Source: Promethearchaeota archaeon
GTDB taxonomy: Archaea > Asgardarchaeota > Hermodarchaeia > Hermodarchaeales > Hermodarchaeaceae
Assembly (NCBI GenBank): GCA_048938385.1
Contig: JBHLMG010000001.1
Location: 256,001 to 320,000 of the forward strand
Length of the DNA: 64,000 nucleotides
Direction of reading: 5' to 3'
The position numbers and the translations under genes were made by a program. Position 1 is the stretch's first letter; each line of letters opens with the position of its first letter. Positions 18,426 to 27,978 of the stretch are shown here, piece by piece. The notes beneath the pieces are model-generated. The model did no database searches and had not been told where the DNA came from. It was given only the letters and a program-made list of their open reading frames with translations.

Positions 18426-19652
18426 CTAAAAGAGGCGTGCCTTTTTGTCTAGGATCAACTGTTGTATAGAGCATACATCCTCAAGTTCCGCATCTAAGAT
18501 AGAGGTTACATTTGCTTGGACATCGTTCCAGGATGAGTTGGCGTTTGGAATTATTTCAGCAGAGGCAATTAAAGGCTCATCGATTGGATACCCGATGCGA
18601 GTCAGGATTTTAACATAAGCCTCTAACACTCTGGATTCTTCTTTGACAATACGGTCTGCTGCTCGTTGAGCAAGCACATTGTAGATTTTACCCACATGAT
18701 TTTGTGGATTCTTTCCTGCTGCAGCTTCGAGGCTCATTGGGCGACATGGAGTAATGAGGCCATTTACACGATTTCCACGACCTACCCCTGCATCATCGCC
18801 CATTTCAGCTGAGGTGCCCGTTATTGTTAGATAGTAAGATCCTCTCTGTGGATCATCTGCTGAGTTTACGACAACGCTTACTTCGCGTTCAGTTATTTTC
18901 TTGGCTTGATCGAGGACTGCACTAGATACCTCTTTGAGTACTCCGTTATAGTGGTCAGCATCCGGGATATAGGGGGCAATCATGGCTGCCGCTACTGTGA
19001 GTTTAATCTCATTGTCTGTACGCAAACCCATTACCTTAACATCCTCACCGACTTCTGGGTGTTTCCTCTTGAATGCGTCAGAATTCAGAAGCTGTTCAGT
19101 TTGAAAAACAAGTTCCTCAGTTTCAGATAAGGGAGCAAATCCTACACCAAAACTCGTATCGTTTGCTCTCGGAACATCATCAATAACTCGATCAAAAACA
19201 TGGGCTAGATCCGCTGATCCCGGCTTAATCCTATAATCCATCATCATGTGTTCGGTGGGGTCCAAAAATCGAAGCGTCTTTTTAATGGTCTTTTTGATGG
19301 ATTGTAGTGTTAGAGTGCCTATGGGTATGCGAACAAAATCACCGTTCTTAAACACTTCAGTGGTTGCACGCCCCACAACGCAAAGGTAGATTGGTTCTAA
19401 GAGGTCTCCCCCACCAAAATCAACTTGCGCTCTCCCACCTGCAATGGACCCTTTATCGACGTTGTGATGAAGAATTCGTCCAAAATTATCAATATAATAG
19501 TTACAGAGAGTCACCCCGACATCTTCCACAACAGCATCTAAGATAGTATCTGGATGGCCTTTTCCTTTCCGTTCCACTATTTCGAGATGCTGCTGTTCTA
19601 TGGGTAACGCTTGAGTTCTTGCCACGGCAATATTTCGTGTCATTGTAGTCAA
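18426..19652 (-). CDS. mat: Archaeal S-adenosylmethionine synthetase
   Basis: [37 protein letters not shown]. Confidence 0.96.
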   Translation of the reverse strand: MTTMTRNIAVARTQALPIEQQHLEIVERKGKGHPDTILDAVVEDVGVTLCNYYIDNFGRILHHNVDKGSIAGGRAQVDFGGGDLLEPIYLCVVGRATTEVFKNGDFVRIPIGTLTLQSIKKTIKKTLRFLDPTEHMMMDYRIKPGSADLAHVFDRVIDDVPRANDTSFGVGFAPLSETEELVFQTEQLLNSDAFKRKHPEVGEDVKVMGLRTDNEIKLTVAAAMIAPYIPDADHYNGVLKEVSSAVLDQAKKITEREVSVVVNSADDPQRGSYYLTITGTSAEMGDDAGVGRGNRVNGLITPCRPMSLEAAAGKNPQNHVGKIYNVLAQRAADRIVKEESRVLEAYVKILTRIGYPIDEPLIASAEIIPNANSSWNDVQANVTSILDAELEDVCSIQQLILDKKARLF

Positions 19653-19709
19653 CCCGTTTTGGTCGGCTTGGATACTTTGTTTTTAAAAATTTCCACTGTG
19701 TATCATGAA

Positions 19710-19728
19710 ATATTCGTCAGACGAATAT
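19710..19728. promoter_or_regulatory. Perfect 9-bp inverted repeat ATATTCGTC-A-GACGAATAT in a divergent promoter region
   Basis: Read directly from sequence, between mat and ORF 19842. Confidence 0.5.
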
Positions 19729-19841
19729 CCGCTTTGAGCCTAGCGCCATAACACTTAAGCCAGTCTACACCTACTTTGTATCTACCTCGTGGCTACTTTG
19801 CGGTTAGTGACATTTCCATTAGTGGCGAGGAGTGACAGGGT

Positions 19842-21059
19842 ATGAGCCATCTTATTGATGAAGATGAGATAAGACGGTTGAGTCGTCGTATTGCGGAAGA
19901 ATTTGAGTCAACTTATGGCACTCTCGATGAGAAAGTCGCTCGGGTTTCCGATGACGCCGCGGCAGCAATAGCGGATGAATGTAGCGTACATCTAGAAGTT
20001 GCTCGGGTTGCGTATCGAGTCATGCTAGATGGTATTATTCCGGATCCACAGCCTTCTTGTAAAATTTTAATGCGCGAATTTGACCGCCGCACCGATTTTG
20101 GAAGTCCGGTTCCTGAAATTGACACGTATATGCGGGAAGTAGCGATAACTGAAGGAAAATGGATTGAATACCTCTATGGGCAATTAGGGAAGATCCTTCT
20201 GGCTGATCTTCGAGATCTTGTTAATCTGGAACGAACCATCGCAGATGAAATCGAACCTGCAAATGAACAGGTAATCGCAGTCCTTGCTCAACGACGAAAA
20301 ATCGTTGAAGCCTACTTTAATTCACTAATTCAACGTTGGTTAGACGATCATCGCGGGGCTCATATTGGACAGGCGATTCACACTATTACAGGGGGATTAA
20401 TCGGTTCCTTTGAGTCAGACCTCAGCGATGCAGTCAATGGCGCTCGAGCTTCTCTTTTAATTAAACTTCGAAGATATGAAGAATTTCTCAGCCGTGAGGA
20501 TGAAGAAGAGGAGGAATCCCGATTAACCAGCAAAATTCTCAAAGAAATTCGGTTGCTCATTAAAGAAGTACAAGACCCTCTCAATGAAGTGTCTGTGAAA
20601 ACTGCTGGTGAGATTCTAATTGAACTCTCACCACCACCACCCGAATCTATTGATGGGAAACCAAAATTTGGCTTTGTTACCGCACCCTTTCCTGCTAAAC
20701 CACGAATTGGTCCCCCAATGCAAACGCCCCTTGATTATCTTGAGCTTGATGTTAGGTTGGCTTCGATGAAAGCCCCCAATGAAAGAGCACCATTTCTCAG
20801 AGAGAAAATTTCATCAGTAACCAATAATTTAATTGAACAAGGGACCCCCTTGGATAAAATAGGAACAACAATTATCTTTGACTTAGATAGTCGCTTCCCT
20901 TGGACACGATCAAAGAAAACAGAGATCCGTAGAGAACTACGCGAAATCCGGGATTTTGCGGGTGAAGACTATCGTGAGCAAGTTGAAAATTATGTTCTTG
21001 AAAATATATTGTCAAAAATTCCTGAACTTCGTTCAAAACACAATCCCACTGAAAAATAA
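19842..21059 (+). CDS. Hypothetical helical acidic protein
   Basis: 405-aa ORF with a strong GAGGAG SD. Confidence 0.75.
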   Translation: MSHLIDEDEIRRLSRRIAEEFESTYGTLDEKVARVSDDAAAAIADECSVHLEVARVAYRVMLDGIIPDPQPSCKILMREFDRRTDFGSPVPEIDTYMREVAITEGKWIEYLYGQLGKILLADLRDLVNLERTIADEIEPANEQVIAVLAQRRKIVEAYFNSLIQRWLDDHRGAHIGQAIHTITGGLIGSFESDLSDAVNGARASLLIKLRRYEEFLSREDEEEEESRLTSKILKEIRLLIKEVQDPLNEVSVKTAGEILIELSPPPPESIDGKPKFGFVTAPFPAKPRIGPPMQTPLDYLELDVRLASMKAPNERAPFLREKISSVTNNLIEQGTPLDKIGTTIIFDLDSRFPWTRSKKTEIRRELREIRDFAGEDYREQVENYVLENILSKIPELRSKHNPTEK

Positions 21060-21080
21060 CTAAATTCGCGAGGTATTACG

Positions 21081-21851
21081 ATGATTGAGCAAAACCCACC
21101 CCTGCTTTGGGTTTTAGATTATGTAATTCAAGACTTTCGCATACTCGGTGAAAAAATCACCTTAAGCGGTGAATTACTCATCGCCTCTCGGCAACTGTTT
21201 AGTTTTCTTCGAGAAGAAATCGTCCGCTCTGCACTAATCGGTCCTGGAGTAATCAAAGGGCAAGTTTCGATTAAAGGAAAACCAGTTGATGTGGAATACC
21301 TTGTTGGAGCAGTGATCTTTGATCCCACACAGATGCGCCCTCGTGAGCCGGTCCCAGTGCTGGACATACTTAACCCTGAAATCTTAGATCCCGTGGAGCA
21401 AGCAACAGAGGAGCAAGTTCAAGAAATTGTTCGAACCCTAGTCATAAAGAAGGGTTCTGTAGCCAATTCCGGACAAATTCTTACCGTAGCACCAGAAGGA
21501 GATTTACCCCGAACACTACTCACAGAAGAACACTTGATCGCTAAGAACATCGCGTTCATCTCCGGCTTGAAAAAAGCGCGGTTTCTTCTTGGTGGACAGA
21601 AGAGTCGACTTTATGCTCCCTTTAAAGAGGGATTACAAAGGAATCGGTTCAGCGACCCAAGCAGGATTTGGACATTTCGGATTGATGAGCAGAGGTTTGA
21701 TGCCTTTGATCCTGCAAAGTTCAACGAATGGACTATCATTGAGATGCAAACCGATCCCAGCAAGTCATCTAGCTCCCCTGAGGTGGTGGAATCAGAGTTT
21801 AATTCAATCCTCACCTATTTGCTGGGTAACCTAGAGTATTTTATCTTCTAG
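21081..21851 (+). CDS. Hypothetical protein
   Basis: 256-aa ORF with a GAGGT SD, co-oriented with ORF 19842. Confidence 0.7.
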   Translation: MIEQNPPLLWVLDYVIQDFRILGEKITLSGELLIASRQLFSFLREEIVRSALIGPGVIKGQVSIKGKPVDVEYLVGAVIFDPTQMRPREPVPVLDILNPEILDPVEQATEEQVQEIVRTLVIKKGSVANSGQILTVAPEGDLPRTLLTEEHLIAKNIAFISGLKKARFLLGGQKSRLYAPFKEGLQRNRFSDPSRIWTFRIDEQRFDAFDPAKFNEWTIIEMQTDPSKSSSSPEVVESEFNSILTYLLGNLEYFIF

Positions 21852-24427
21852 CTGGATTCTCCCTGATGGGGATTCTCAATACCCTCAATAGCCTTTAGGG
21901 CACTTTCTGCTAGTTCGTACCGACCAATTACTTCAGCGACGCGTTGAATGCCTTGAAGTATATGTACCTGGTTATCGAGAAAACCAAAAATGTCGCCTGG
22001 GTAGATAAACAACTCATATTCTTTGAGAAAAGCAGAGTTTATCTGCGAGGGTACATGACCTCGATACCGCATATTTAAGATTGTTTTTGATACATTCCAA
22101 GTACCACAATCACAAAATGGGTTCTCCTCACATCGACAGTTAAAAAAGTCTACCGTCCACTTGCTGAATATCTTCAGGGCCCATGGCGGTAACCGTTTTA
22201 GTCGTCTACTCCGTTTGGCGCTCATTAAGTCTAAGACGGCTCCTGCGAAGAGTCTTGTGGCAAAGCGGGTTCGTAGAGAGCGTTCAATTTCGCTTTGGAG
22301 TCGAGGTGATAGGTACACATTTTGGATCGGTTCGAGTCGCACCGAAAGATCATCTGCATTTTCGTAGGGATATTCCTGAATAGCTGCAACATTTGATGCC
22401 GAGAAGAATGATAAGGCTGCAGCCCGTCCTAATTCTGTAGCTGTTATGTCTTCTCTACTTTGTGAGGCAAGGTGATGGTGCTTCAAGAAACCAAGCCCTT
22501 CTTTAAAGGTGATTGTTCGGGAAAGCAATTGATTATACGCTTTCTCAAGCTGCCCCCTTGTAATCGTGTCAAAACAGGAAAGGGTTGCTAAAAGTTGATT
22601 TACTGATTGTTCAAAGGTAGCCTCAGGTTGGACGGCTTCGATAGGGTTATTTAACAGATCTAAAGCCACTTCTTCCTCCGTTTTAGGCTCATCACCGAAA
22701 TATCGACGACCAATTTCAGCTAACAACACGGCTTTACCGACATCATGTTTTCCCAATCGTCCCGCTCGACCTAGCATTTGGGTGAATTCGCCAACACTGA
22801 GGGTTTTGGTTCCCATCATTAGTGTCTGAAAAATTACAGTACTCGCTGGAAAATCAACCCCCGCAGCTAATGCAGCAGTTGTAACGACCACAGCGATTTT
22901 TCCTTCTCCAAAAGCTTCCTCAATCTTGTGTCGTTGAGGATATGTCATGCCAGCATGGTATGCACGGGCAGCAATCCCCTGGTTCTCAAGTTCCTTTGCA
23001 ATTGTATGGGTATTCCGTCGTGAATTAGTAAAAACAATAGTTTGACCGCGGAAGCCATAGGAGCTTTTCTGTTGAAATTCTGCCTTACTGATATCTGCGA
23101 TAATACGTAGCTTATCAACTTCGGTAAGTACCATGATTAAATGGCGTTGTAAAGGGACTGGTCTCCCACGGAGTATAACAGGAGTTAACACGAGATCTTG
23201 GGCAAGTTCCTCTGGGTTACCTACCGTGGCTGAAAGGGCAACTAATTGCGCTTTGGGAAAGAGTGTACGAAGGCGAGTGATTAATCCATCTAGCTCAGCT
23301 CCTCGATCCTCATCCGCCACCATCTGTACTTCGTCGATGACGACAACACCTACATCTCCAAACTTCATTGCTTTACCTGAACGGAGGAGGTAATCGAAAC
23401 CCTCGTAACTGGCTACAATGATGTTTGCATCAACTACATCATCATCAACAATAACTAACGCTTCCTCTCCGACATCGATGGAGCTCATTCCAACGCGAAT
23501 GGCAACTCGTAGTCCTAGGGGTTCGAATTTGTCCCGATACTCGTGGTACTTTTGGTTCGCTAAAGCTACAAGTGGTGAGAGGTAGATGTAAGTCTTGCCT
23601 TCCATGGCGGCTCTAAATCCTGTTAGTTCACCGATGAGTGATTTCCCACTGGTCGTATCCGATATAGCTAGGATAGATTCTCCTTCTAATAATCCGGCTT
23701 TCAAAGCCTTTGCCTGAATAGGGAGTAGGAATTCAATTCCGTGGGAATTCAGAACCTGTGTAATTTCTGAAGGAATAGGTAGTGTATTAATTGGTGTTTT
23801 CTCTTCAGGTTCTTTCACGGCATAAACTTGATCGTATAAGGTCATGGCAGGGTTTTGACTAGGACGAAATTGGGAGGAGAGGAATGAAGCCACCTTTTCG
23901 ACAGATCGTAATCGATGTAGCATCGTTTCTAAACTACGGTGAGTAGACTTTGATAGCTCAACATCCATTGACCGTAATCGATGGGTTAGCTCTCGGGATG
24001 CACATTGGTAACAGACGGGTTGTCCCTCTAGTTTGAAGACCTGTTGGCGACGTAACATGGTTAACCTCTCGTCTCCGATACATGAACTGCAAGCCCGAAC
24101 AATAACAGGATCTTTTACACCAAAATCTCGGAGCATCCCCTTTAGGTCCGTAAGGAAAGGAAACCGCGGATTTCGTGGGATTACAATGTTTTCAGCATCT
24201 CGAACCCAATTTATGAATGTTCGTGGATCTATGGGGCGTACTCCTCCCTTTCTTAATAACAATAATTTGGAAGGCCGTAAGCGTCCTTGTTTCATCTGGA
24301 ACTGAACCCGCGCGCGTATTATGGGTATTGTTGGTCGATTAGGACGAAATACAATGCAATGGGCTTCTAACTCTTGCTTCTTTTCCGGAAAGAGTGCTAA
24401 ACCAAATGGGGGTTTTATGGGTCGCAT
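21848..24427 (-). CDS. Ski2-like DEAD/DEAH helicase (archaeal DUF5814-type)
   Basis: TTSGKS, DEVQ, LSAT, YHAG, QMLGRAGR; C-terminal CxC..PFCDC. Confidence 0.9.
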   Translation of the reverse strand: MRPIKPPFGLALFPEKKQELEAHCIVFRPNRPTIPIIRARVQFQMKQGRLRPSKLLLLRKGGVRPIDPRTFINWVRDAENIVIPRNPRFPFLTDLKGMLRDFGVKDPVIVRACSSCIGDERLTMLRRQQVFKLEGQPVCYQCASRELTHRLRSMDVELSKSTHRSLETMLHRLRSVEKVASFLSSQFRPSQNPAMTLYDQVYAVKEPEEKTPINTLPIPSEITQVLNSHGIEFLLPIQAKALKAGLLEGESILAISDTTSGKSLIGELTGFRAAMEGKTYIYLSPLVALANQKYHEYRDKFEPLGLRVAIRVGMSSIDVGEEALVIVDDDVVDANIIVASYEGFDYLLRSGKAMKFGDVGVVVIDEVQMVADEDRGAELDGLITRLRTLFPKAQLVALSATVGNPEELAQDLVLTPVILRGRPVPLQRHLIMVLTEVDKLRIIADISKAEFQQKSSYGFRGQTIVFTNSRRNTHTIAKELENQGIAARAYHAGMTYPQRHKIEEAFGEGKIAVVVTTAALAAGVDFPASTVIFQTLMMGTKTLSVGEFTQMLGRAGRLGKHDVGKAVLLAEIGRRYFGDEPKTEEEVALDLLNNPIEAVQPEATFEQSVNQLLATLSCFDTITRGQLEKAYNQLLSRTITFKEGLGFLKHHHLASQSREDITATELGRAAALSFFSASNVAAIQEYPYENADDLSVRLEPIQNVYLSPRLQSEIERSLRTRFATRLFAGAVLDLMSAKRSRRLKRLPPWALKIFSKWTVDFFNCRCEENPFCDCGTWNVSKTILNMRYRGHVPSQINSAFLKEYELFIYPGDIFGFLDNQVHILQGIQRVAEVIGRYELAESALKAIEGIENPHQGESS

Positions 24428-24500
24428 TTCTTTACACTATATGATTCAGCTTTTGCAACGAGCATCTGGCAAGGCTTATTAGTCTTCTCTTATAGTAAGG

Positions 24501-25211
24501 GTGTCAGGGGTTCAGCGAGTGCGCCAAATTGAAATCTTCCCCGGCATATTATCCTTGATTTTAAGTAAGGCCGCTCGAGCAGGGCGGACTGAAATTGGCG
24601 GTTTCCTTATAGGTCGGATAGAACGCAGAAAATTAATTGTAACTAGAGCAACATTTCCTCGGCAAGTTGGGACGCGCACTCATGTCTCCATTAACGATAC
24701 AGATATGGCGATCCTCGCTGAGGAGCTCGCTGAACGAGGGGCAGGCGAAGTCATCATTGGGTGGCATCACACCCATCCAGGTCTTGGCGTGTTTATGTCA
24801 GGAACAGATGTCTCAACACAGCGCCGCTATCAAGCCTTCTTTCCCGAAGCTATTGCCATGGTAATGGACCCAATCAAATTCTCTGAAACCCTTAACCTCC
24901 AAGACCTAGATCTCCGAATTTACCGCGTAACAAATGGAAGCACTGAAGAGCTCGATTATGTCTATGCTCACGATCCCTCTGAAATTATTCCTGATTTATA
25001 CAGCATTATGCTTACTCTCGAAGAGCCAGCACACATGATTTTTGAGGATACTTGGTTTGAGAAGATGTTACGAGAAGTTTTTGGTGAAGAAGTGACCACA
25101 CCCACCTTTACCTACCGGTTAGGTGACTTCTTAGAGGCTGCAGTGGCCTTTGGTACAATACTGTTTCTCGGAATTTTCATCGTTCTCGCTTTACTTGGGC
25201 TTATCGTCTAG
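24501..25211 (+). CDS. JAMM/MPN+ metalloprotease with a C-terminal TM anchor
   Basis: EIGG...WHHTHPGLGVFMSGTD intact JAMM motif; last ~23 residues hydrophobic. Confidence 0.88.
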   Translation: MSGVQRVRQIEIFPGILSLILSKAARAGRTEIGGFLIGRIERRKLIVTRATFPRQVGTRTHVSINDTDMAILAEELAERGAGEVIIGWHHTHPGLGVFMSGTDVSTQRRYQAFFPEAIAMVMDPIKFSETLNLQDLDLRIYRVTNGSTEELDYVYAHDPSEIIPDLYSIMLTLEEPAHMIFEDTWFEKMLREVFGEEVTTPTFTYRLGDFLEAAVAFGTILFLGIFIVLALLGLIV

Positions 25212-25303
25212 CTAGAAGCATTGACCACTACTTACAAACAACCTGAACGCCTCACGGATTAGATAGTCGCTAATTTAGAAGAATTAACTAAACCGAATTT
25301 ACA

Positions 25304-26011
25304 CTATTCGGGTTCATCGAATCCTAAGGCCTTTAGAGCTGCGAGGATAGCCTCTTTATCATCCACAGAAACATCATCGTCTACTTCTGAACTTGCCTCA
25401 GAAATACTCACAGTCTCAAGGCCCGGTTCTTCAACGGGCGCGATGGTCGGAGTGGCAACCGTGGGTTCTCCTTCCTCGACGACGGGTGTAATGGTCTCAG
25501 GAACCTCTTCGGGAGCTTCTGAAGCGCTCGAGCTTTCGGTCACATCTACTTCAGAAGTGGCTTCAATAGCAAGTGCCGGCTCTTCATGAACGGCTGGCAT
25601 TTTACGGAAACCAAGCAGTTGTTCGGGTTCGAATGGGTGAGATTCCATTATTTTTGTGACTTTTGTTGCATAAATCTTCATGAGTCCAATATAATATCCG
25701 AGACGAATTTGATCCCGACTAGCTCCGACTAGGAGGGTTTCCGGCGTTCCTCGCATAATAATGGTGAATCCCTTGTTTCCTCGGAGAATCACTTCAGAAA
25801 GGGTTCCTTGGCTCAGTTGCCTAAGGGTTTCCTCACCAACATTGACGAGGGTGGCAGTAGCTGCTGAGAAAATATCAGAATCAACATCGCCACTAACTGC
25901 ACAGGCAAGACGAATCCCTTCTCGGGTCACAACGGCCAGAGCTTCAAGGCCTGTTGATTGTTCGATTCGTCTCATGAGATCTTGTAGTTCTTTAAAAGGA
26001 GTCTCTGCCAT
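25304..26011 (-). CDS. Roadblock/LC7 protein with a long acidic disordered C-terminus
   Basis: 'ALAVVTREG...SAATATL...LSQGTLSEVILRGNKGFTII'. Confidence 0.85.
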   Translation of the reverse strand: MAETPFKELQDLMRRIEQSTGLEALAVVTREGIRLACAVSGDVDSDIFSAATATLVNVGEETLRQLSQGTLSEVILRGNKGFTIIMRGTPETLLVGASRDQIRLGYYIGLMKIYATKVTKIMESHPFEPEQLLGFRKMPAVHEEPALAIEATSEVDVTESSSASEAPEEVPETITPVVEEGEPTVATPTIAPVEEPGLETVSISEASSEVDDDVSVDDKEAILAALKALGFDEPE

Positions 26012-26227
26012 CGTCTGCTACACTCTCTGTATGTGTCTATGTTGTTCTCTATTGTTTCCTATATCAAGGTTGCTGTAATGTCGGTGAGTTTTTTGGTAGT
26101 TTTGCGACCCTCGAAAACTCGTACTTGAAATTAAATACTTTCAGCTACCTCCTCTCGGTTCGCGTTCGCTGAAGCGTATTGGGGTTTTTATATGTTCTGT
26201 GAGAATCGCGAAGTGGGACAAGCTACC

Positions 26228-27325
26228 ATGGCGTCTACTTTTGATGCACTCTTTAACGCAGACTATTTACCAACAAAACTGCTCCATCGAGATTTGGAAC
26301 TTAACCTACTCTCAAAGCATTTTTCACCAGAGGAAAATTCCGATCAGTCAATGAATGTCTTAGTTCATGGAAGTTTTGGTATTGGTCGGACAACGCTCCT
26401 CCGTTTTTTTGGACAACACGAAATGAAGACCTTTCACCAACCACTCATTCGGTTTCAACAGAAACAACACAACGAAATCGTCGCAGATGCTCTTAACGCT
26501 CTAGCTCCAGCGTTACCTCAATCTACATCTCTCCCTGAACAATGGACGCTTGTGAAGCGATTGCTTCGAAAAGCCGAGGTACCCTTACTCCTCACCTTTG
26601 ACGATGTTGATCATCACACCAGCGAACTTTACGGTAAATTCTTACAGATCTGTAAGGAAAATGGAGTCTCATCAATGGCCACGGCTCCCCGTTACTTCCC
26701 CAGACAACTTGAAGCAATCACATCCCAATTTCTTGATTTCTCTCTTGAATTGGCCCCTTTCTCTGATTATCAGTTTCTCGATATTGTTAAGCAACGAGTT
26801 GCTGAAGTTTATTCTAACCCTGTTCCCATACAAATTACTGAGTTTATGTCCGATCTCATTTGTCTTCTTGATTTTCAACGACCGGCTACTGTTGTGGACT
26901 TGCTTCAAAATCTCCACCCCCTACTATGTGGTCCCAACCTTATTACAGCGGACACGATTCGACAAGCTTGCATAAACTCCAGTACGCTCCATTACGACTT
27001 TTGGAGCGAACATCTTTCAGGGCTAATGGAATTAGATGTCACCACCGTTCTCCTCCTCCAAGCAATCGGGCAATACTTCGTGACCAATCCTGGCCAAATC
27101 TATGTCGCGAAATCTGCCTTACATTCCCAATTCCTGCAAGTCTCTGAATGCATTGGCTTAATTCCTTCTAGTTCTCAGTTCTCCCGTGCTCTTAACACCC
27201 TACTCTTTCAGGACTTATTGTTACATTCTCGATACTCATCAGAGAACTACTTCACTCTCCTTCCAGCTACAGGTTACCTAGATCTTGTTGAATTGCTCTT
27301 GGGTGAAAATCAAATCGAACAATAA
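26228..27325 (+). CDS. Divergent Cdc6/Orc1-like AAA+ protein
   Basis: 'DYLPTKLLHRDLEL' Cdc6 N-terminal motif; Walker A GSFGIGRT, Walker B LTFDD; C-terminal wHTH. Confidence 0.75.
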   Translation: MASTFDALFNADYLPTKLLHRDLELNLLSKHFSPEENSDQSMNVLVHGSFGIGRTTLLRFFGQHEMKTFHQPLIRFQQKQHNEIVADALNALAPALPQSTSLPEQWTLVKRLLRKAEVPLLLTFDDVDHHTSELYGKFLQICKENGVSSMATAPRYFPRQLEAITSQFLDFSLELAPFSDYQFLDIVKQRVAEVYSNPVPIQITEFMSDLICLLDFQRPATVVDLLQNLHPLLCGPNLITADTIRQACINSSTLHYDFWSEHLSGLMELDVTTVLLLQAIGQYFVTNPGQIYVAKSALHSQFLQVSECIGLIPSSSQFSRALNTLLFQDLLLHSRYSSENYFTLLPATGYLDLVELLLGENQIEQ

Positions 27326-27334
27326 TATTTCAGG

Positions 27335-27919
27335 TTAGCCTCTGGGTGGATTTTTCGCTAAAGCGCGTGCTAGTAACCGAGCAACACGAAGTGGTTCGGG
27401 GATGCTGCCAAACCTCGTAACTCGTCGTATCAACGCTTGAATCTCGTTCCACTTACAACCTTTAAACTGAACGAATACCGTCGAATGTGTATCTAGCAGT
27501 AGGGGTTGCAATTCCCCATTACGACGCGAAATTTTCCATCGGGCTTTCCAGTTCGATGGAAAAGTGTGAATCAAATGATCACGAAGGTTTTCATGGGGCT
27601 CACTGGTGACACTAATTACAGGAAGGTTAGTTACTTCGTGGATCAAAGATAAATCAACAATATTGTATCCGGCGATCACTGTTCCTCGAATTAGTACACC
27701 GTTAAGATCGGTTCGTGATAAATCATGAACCATCTTGATGATTGTTTCCGATGCGTCTGTGCCTTGAATGGAAGCCTTGCCCCAAACTATTCCATCTATA
27801 ATCAAATCGGCACGCATCACGATGCCACCTAATATCGTATGTGTAGAACCCGTGAGACCACTTTCAGCTATTCCTAACAAGCGGACCGATGGTTTCGAAA
27901 GCGATGATGCAGTCATCAA
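27335..27919 (-). CDS. DUF99 / endonuclease V-like family protein
   Basis: GIVMRADLIIDG, AGYNIVD, IPEPLRVARL. Confidence 0.85.
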   Translation of the reverse strand: MMTASSLSKPSVRLLGIAESGLTGSTHTILGGIVMRADLIIDGIVWGKASIQGTDASETIIKMVHDLSRTDLNGVLIRGTVIAGYNIVDLSLIHEVTNLPVISVTSEPHENLRDHLIHTFPSNWKARWKISRRNGELQPLLLDTHSTVFVQFKGCKWNEIQALIRRVTRFGSIPEPLRVARLLARALAKNPPRG

Positions 27920-27978
27920 ATGGTTACCCCTTTGTGATAGGGGTTAATCTAGGATAAAAGAAAGGATGAAGTGAACGG

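Noticed and set aside
26012-26227. Replication origin next to the cdc6-like gene
   Set aside because: No repeated ORB/mini-ORB motif or extended AT-rich unwinding element seen
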